Positions 59,056 through 64,000 of a stretch of 64,000 nt of DNA are shown piece by piece. The position numbers were made by a program, and so were the translations under genes. The notes under the pieces are model-generated. The model did no database searches, was not told the DNA's origin, and saw nothing but the letters and a program-made list of their open reading frames with translations. Every line of letters starts with the position of its first letter. Position 1 is the stretch's first letter. This DNA comes from Macrostomum lignano (lineage: Eukaryota): positions 12,146 through 76,145 of the forward strand of contig NIVC01003803.1 in the NCBI GenBank assembly GCA_002269645.1, in the 5' to 3' direction.

Positions 59056-59953
59056 GCTTCCCGCAATTGTAGCAGGCTCGAGGCTGCTGCTGTTGCTGTG
59101 GCTGCCTGTTGAACTGAGGCTGACCGCGCCATACTGGCTGCTGCTGCTGCTGCTGCTGCGGTCCAGCGACCTGAGCGTACGTTTGATATTGATTCTGCGG
59201 ATGATACTGCTGACGGCTAGCTCTCTTCTCTTCCATCAGCTCCTCAATCGCCTTCTTCTGTTGCTCTAACTCTGCTCTCTGCTTCTTGATGATGTCCTCA
59301 AGCTTCTCCTGATCTGCCTTCTGCTCACTCTCGCCTTCGCCTTTGGCCATTCTCATGTTGACATTCTTGTGAGACATGTTCCACGCAGCCTCCATCCTTC
59401 TTAGCATTCTTCTAGCCTCTTGTAAATTGCCTGGCTGCGCAAAGATTAGCTTCTCACGGGTCTCTGACGGAATTCTGATTCCCTTGATGAATTGCTCAAC
59501 AATTTCTTCTTCCCTTTGCTCAACCGTCATATTCGGAAATGCACGCGATGCCAGCTCGATCAAACAGTCTGCGAAAGTCTCTACAGGCTCATTTCTGCCT
59601 TGCATTCTTCCACGAAACTCCTCTCTGAATTCTGCGGAACTACCGATTCTTCCGAATCGCTCAATCAGTCGCTCTTTGAACTCTTCGTATTCAAGATCCT
59701 CGGGCAGATTTAGGCGCTGTACCGCTGCGAATGCAGTGGACAGGTCCAGATTAGCTAGCAATTCCTGCTTCCTATGTTCCTCATCTATCCCTTCTACTTC
59801 ACAGCGCTGATCGAAGGCTGTTAGCCAGATCCGAATGTCTTGCGTAGGTGTGAATTTCTGAATCTTAACGTGTCTCATCGGCCCTATCTCTAGTCGGTTT
59901 CGCAATTCTTCTGCCAGCATGGCGATGGCGTCATTAGCCTGATTCTGATTCAT
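59000..59953 (-). CDS. gag: Gag with capsid-like domain and a CCHC zinc knuckle
   Basis: CYNCGKLGHMARNC; FRGRMQGRNEPVETFADCLIELASRAFP. Confidence 0.93.
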   Translation of the reverse strand: MNQNQANDAIAMLAEELRNRLEIGPMRHVKIQKFTPTQDIRIWLTAFDQRCEVEGIDEEHRKQELLANLDLSTAFAAVQRLNLPEDLEYEEFKERLIERFGRIGSSAEFREEFRGRMQGRNEPVETFADCLIELASRAFPNMTVEQREEEIVEQFIKGIRIPSETREKLIFAQPGNLQEARRMLRRMEAAWNMSHKNVNMRMAKGEGESEQKADQEKLEDIIKKQRAELEQQKKAIEELMEEKRASRQQYHPQNQYQTYAQVAGPQQQQQQQPVWRGQPQFNRQPQQQQQPRACYNCGKLGHMARNCQSARPNGQRV

Positions 59954-60032
59954 CTTTCTCTACGAAAAACTTTTCAAATTATTCTTCGGAATTCTTCTGA
60001 ATCTAGTTTTGAGAGTTCGCGCCGTTTCTCTA

Positions 60033-60050
60033 ATCCCACCGCTGCCACCA
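60033..60050 (-). promoter_or_regulatory. Primer binding site complementary to the tRNA-Leu 3' end
   Basis: TGGTGGCAGCGGTGGGAT, 2 nt from the LTR; matches the ...AUCCCACCGCUGCCACCA end of tRNA-Leu(AAG/UAG). Confidence 0.9.
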
Positions 60051-60052
60051 GC

Positions 60053-60818
60053 TGTGACAGGCCTTTTGGCTCTGTCTTTCTAAACTTCTAACTATTAGTG
60101 TTTATTAAATATCCTACGAGCTGCCACCAAAGTTGTTACAGGCCTTTCACCTCTTACTTTATCAATTTTAATCCCACCGATTTGCCAACTACAGTTATCC
60201 TGATTATACTTGCTTTTACTCCCTAACTATTTCTTAGAATTTCATTTAAATATTTCTGGGTAGCGTTCTTAGTAGCGTTTCTGGTAGCGTTCTTAGTAGC
60301 GTTTCTGGTAGCTTATGGCTTGCTTTCTGGTAGCGTTCTAGTAGCTTATGGCCTGAGCGGTCTAGTACTGGTATATGTATTAGTGTATAGTCCTAATCGG
60401 GCGTTCACCAGACTAGAGGGTCACGGCGCCTCTCTTGGTATATCTCCAAGAATTAGTCCCAATTCCCTTCTCTTAGCAAATTTCTTAGAATCGTTTCACA
60501 GGTTTTGCAAATAAATAAGTCGCTATTTAGCTCAAAGACTTTGAAATGGTTTAGATTGAACTGCTTATTCTGTTCGCAATTATTTGCTCACGAGTAAAAG
60601 ACAGTTGAGTATATTTGTCGCAAAACCGCTCCTATATATAGTGATTTTCCCCACATACGATTAAAACAAAAAAATAATTCTCCAATTTATTTCGCGCATT
60701 AAAACAAACTATTATTTGGCGTTCGCGTAGATTCAGTTTCTAAGAAAGATTCGAATATACAGTTATTACATTGAAAGAACATTCGAGTATACTATGATAA
60801 AGGCATAGCACTAGTACA
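60053..60818 (-). repeat. 5' LTR (766 bp)
   Basis: By eye, one substitution and two 1-nt indels relative to the 3' LTR. Confidence 0.96.
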
Positions 60819-60983
60819 TTACCATCAGTTTATTGAGAAATCATTGCTAATATTTATGCTATGCAAAAATGAAATAAATATGCAACAAGGTATTTATTTT
60901 GTGCTTAGCTACTTGCTTTATTAAGTTTATTTAGTGGATAAACATCTATAGGTCAAGCTACAATAAAAGCTAGGCCATGTGGC

Positions 60984-61447
60984 AATGGCTAGAGTTCCGG
61001 CACCGGAACCCATTTTCTAACAGCTACGGATCCGGCAGTGCCATTATAATATAGATGGAACATTATATTTTTCTTTCTACAGGTGGCTGATATTGAGATT
61101 TTGTTCTAGATTAAAATTTAAGACGATATGATAAGATTTAGGATGAGATGCTTCTAATATTCAGACTTCTTAAGATATGTTCATACATGCGCAACCTTGG
61201 GAATCACCCGGCCGTTTCTATTGGCAACACACACATGTAAGTCGCTATTGGCTGAGAGCAGTCACGTGACTACTATTCTGTCCAATAGCGACTTACGTGT
61301 GTGTGTTGCCAATAGAAACGGCCGGGTGAATCCCTAGGTTGCGCCCAAGCATGGATATGTTCTTAGTAGTCTTTATATGCTTCTATATGGCACTGCTGGA
61401 TCCCTAGCTGTTAGAAAATGGGTTCTGGTGCCGGAACTCTAGCCATT
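60984..61447. mobile_element. Palindromic MITE with ~70-bp TIRs and a 155-bp central palindrome
   Basis: AATGGCTAGAGTTCCGGCACC.GAACCCATTTTCTAACAGCTA and its inverse at 61388-61447; inner arms 61189-61344; no TSD resolved. Confidence 0.8.
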
Positions 61448-63179
61448 ACCAGGCCATGTTGGTATGTGGCCATCTTGGTCATGTGCCATTTACTTCTTAG
61501 CCAAAAATACAACTTACCTGTGAAATAATTAGATAAATAGGAAAATACTAAAAGTCTAAAATAGGATGGCTTTTGGTGTATATATAGCTTGATTCTGACT
61601 AACCTTGTTCTGGACCAAGTATTAAGTTCTAGACTTCTAGCTTAGAATATCAATTGTAAATGAAGCAAAGCTAAAAAAATTATAATAATATAAATTTAGT
61701 GTAAACTTTGCTAAAATCGATCGCATACCTATATACCTAGATAGATAGATAGATACCGACAGACCATTTTTAGTATAGGGGCCTATGGATATAAATAATT
61801 TGTTACTACAATCAATAGTTATTAGCCTACCTAATATTAGTTAGGCATTAGGCCCTAACTTTAAAAATTTTGGGCTTAATGAATATACATTTACTGTTAT
61901 TAATATAATAATAATTATTATTATTAGTCAACTCATTTTTATAGTATTAGGGTTTAGTTAATTATGATACGTCATATACTGTATAGACCCAATCGTGTAT
62001 GAAACTGCGATTAAATTTTTTGCGTTTTTTTTGCGGATAGTGATCATTTAAAAAGTTATCGTTTTTAGATAGGAAGATAAACAAACTGTACTGTGATATT
62101 ATGCAGTTCTGTCTGCATTTTTATAAATTGTATATATTAGTAGTGCAGATTTTTTTGTATACTTTTTGAAGTTTCTAAGCAAAAATATACTTACACTAAA
62201 ATTATACAAGACACCAACACAACTTTCCATCGGAACTCACATTTTTGTTGGGCCAAGCAAAGGTTTAAGTTTTAACCTGTTCTTGTTTGGTTTAAACGCG
62301 ATATGAAATTTAAGATATGAGATATTATAGTAAATTCGCAAACAGCACAAAACTATTTTGTTTGTTCCGTTAATGTCAGATACCACTAAGATAAACCCAC
62401 CACAAAATTATTTCGCAATAAAAACATTCCATTGCCCATTGGTAAATGGCAAATGATCGTGATAGTAGATAGCATTTTTTTGGCTCCCCAACGGGGGGCG
62501 CTGATTGCTAGTCAAATATACTATGAACGATGCCTCCTACTCTTATTCATCTCGATAGTTTTTTGTATTTTGTTATTCATTATGGGCGTATGGCAGCTAG
62601 GCCCATAGCTGTTTATTTTATTTTTAGTAATTTCATGTTTTTTTGATTCAGCCTGCAGGAATCGCTTTTTTCTTCTTAAACCTAGTCTAGGGCCTAAAAA
62701 GGAGAGACACATAAGTTATGAATAGGAAATCATTAAGTATTCAACTTACTTAGAATGATATTTGCATGGATAATTAGCTATATTGCAAAACATTAAATAA
62801 AAACTTTTAGCAATAGAATGTTATTAAATTCTTCTTCACTTGTAACTAATATAATCAATTAAAATTAAATAAACTTTTTCATGAAATAGAACTTGATAAT
62901 CATTAGTAATAAAAAATTACAATATTAGCTTTGAGCAAATTCTTTAAATATATATTAATACTTGTTATATTTTATATTTAATATGGTTATTAATGTTCTA
63001 AAATCTATTTTTTTAATAACGAGTTTTCAAGCTTTTTGTTTTGAGGCTTTTTATCTCCTTATCATTTGCTACTCTTAAAAAAATTAAACATTTATTGCTT
63101 TTTTCTATAACATTGTTATTATTTTATATTCCTTATACTTTTTTGATAATTAAGTAACCTCACTAAAACATTTGCTGAC

Positions 63180-63495
63180 ATGGCTTCAGGCTCTAGCCTT
63201 AAACAGGCTAAAATCAATCACAGAAATAGTCGCATCAATTCTAAAAGCCAGGCTCAAATAACAGCCGATCTTGTTATTGAAGATGACATCGACACTGAAC
63301 TGTCTGTTGCAGCTCTTGGAGGCTCCAGATGGCAGCATCAGCAGCAGCTGGGACAAAAACAGCAGCAGCATCATATAACTTCGTCACATGGCAGAAAACC
63401 GACCGCCCCTGCAGGTAGCAGCAGACTTGGTGCAAGTGGCGATGCAATTCCAGCTTCCTTTGGCAGCAGAATCTCTAACAGGACAGAGACTGAGG
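63180..63495 (+). CDS. Probable coding exon of an unidentified gene continuing past the window end; next exon likely starts at 63953
   Basis: GC-rich open frame after AT-rich DNA; donor-like GAG|GTTCGA; acceptor ttccgccaacag| at 63952; boundaries uncertain. Confidence 0.45.
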
Positions 63496-63510
63496 TTCGA
63501 GCTTTGATCT

Positions 63511-63835
63511 GTGCTGGCGCCTCTGGTGCTGGCGCCTCTGGTGCTGGCGCCTCTGGTGCTGGCGCCTCTGGTGCTGGCGCCTCTGGTGCTGGCGCCTCTG
63601 GTGCTGGCGCCTCTGGTGCTGGCGCCTCTGGTGCTGGCGCCTCTGGTGCTGGCGCCTCTGGTGCTGGCGCCTCTGGTGCTGGCGCCTCTGGTGCTGGCGC
63701 TCTGGTGCTGGCGCCTCTGGTGCTGGCGCCTCTGGTGCTGGCGCCTCTGGTGCTGGCGCCTCTGGTGCTGGCGCCTCTGGTGCTGGCGCCTCTGGTGCTG
63801 GCGCCTCTGGTGCTGGCGCCTCTGGTGCTGGTGCC
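63511..63835 (+). repeat. 15-bp minisatellite (GGCGCCTCTGGTGCT)
   Basis: About 21 units with one 1-nt deletion at ~63700. Confidence 0.97.
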
Positions 63836-64000
63836 CCATTCAAATAAAATGACACCCCAAACACCCAGTAAAACCCAGTAAACACCCTGCCACTCGAGCC
63901 ACTCAGCCTTCTGATACCAAATAACACTTACTTCCACTATTTCCGCCAACAGCTGGACTCTGTGCAATTTCCACCGGTTCGCCGTGGTCAAGCCGGGTCA

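Larger units (their letters stand above)
52147..60818 (-). mobile_element. Full-length young Ty3/Gypsy LTR retrotransposon
   Basis: TG...CA LTRs 60053-60818 (5') and 52147-52914 (3'); TTAC TSD; tRNA-Leu PBS; PPT; gag-PR-RT-RH-IN order. Confidence 0.97.

Noticed and set aside
63511-63881. GASGA elastomeric/silk-like protein
   Set aside because: Pure 15-bp DNA repeat with a frameshift and early stops, lying between a donor-like and an acceptor site; most likely intronic

Overview
This is eukaryotic (animal) genomic DNA: GC-rich exons with GT-AG introns, AT-rich intergenic DNA, and nearly every intron carrying its own minisatellite. The style resembles a flatworm such as Macrostomum, but that is an impression only. 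Genes assembled by eye from splice signals and protein similarity: phosphatidate cytidylyltransferase CDS (minus strand, runs off the left edge), SNRNP35 (U11/U12 35K), two paralogous intronless 75-aa hydrophobic Cys-rich proteins, a secreted C-type-lectin/PAN protein, a LIN54/tesmin-like CXC gene with an unusual downstream extension, GGNBP2, a DCUN1D3-like DCN1 protein, and the start of an unidentified gene at the right edge. Mobile DNA: a very young full-length Ty3/Gypsy LTR retrotransposon (52147-60818), many MITEs (several with clear TSDs), a tRNA-derived SINE, a THAP-transposase relic and Helentron/DINE-like fragments. The two most unusual signals are (1) five dispersed ~60-bp copies of the 28S rRNA segment around the R2/I-PpoI target, with conserved flanks and a destroyed cleavage core, four of them GT...AG-bounded and some lying at host splice sites, and (2) an orphan, non-env third ORF in the Gypsy element preceded by its own GC-box/TATA promoter. 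All coordinates and identities were read manually; no searches were run.
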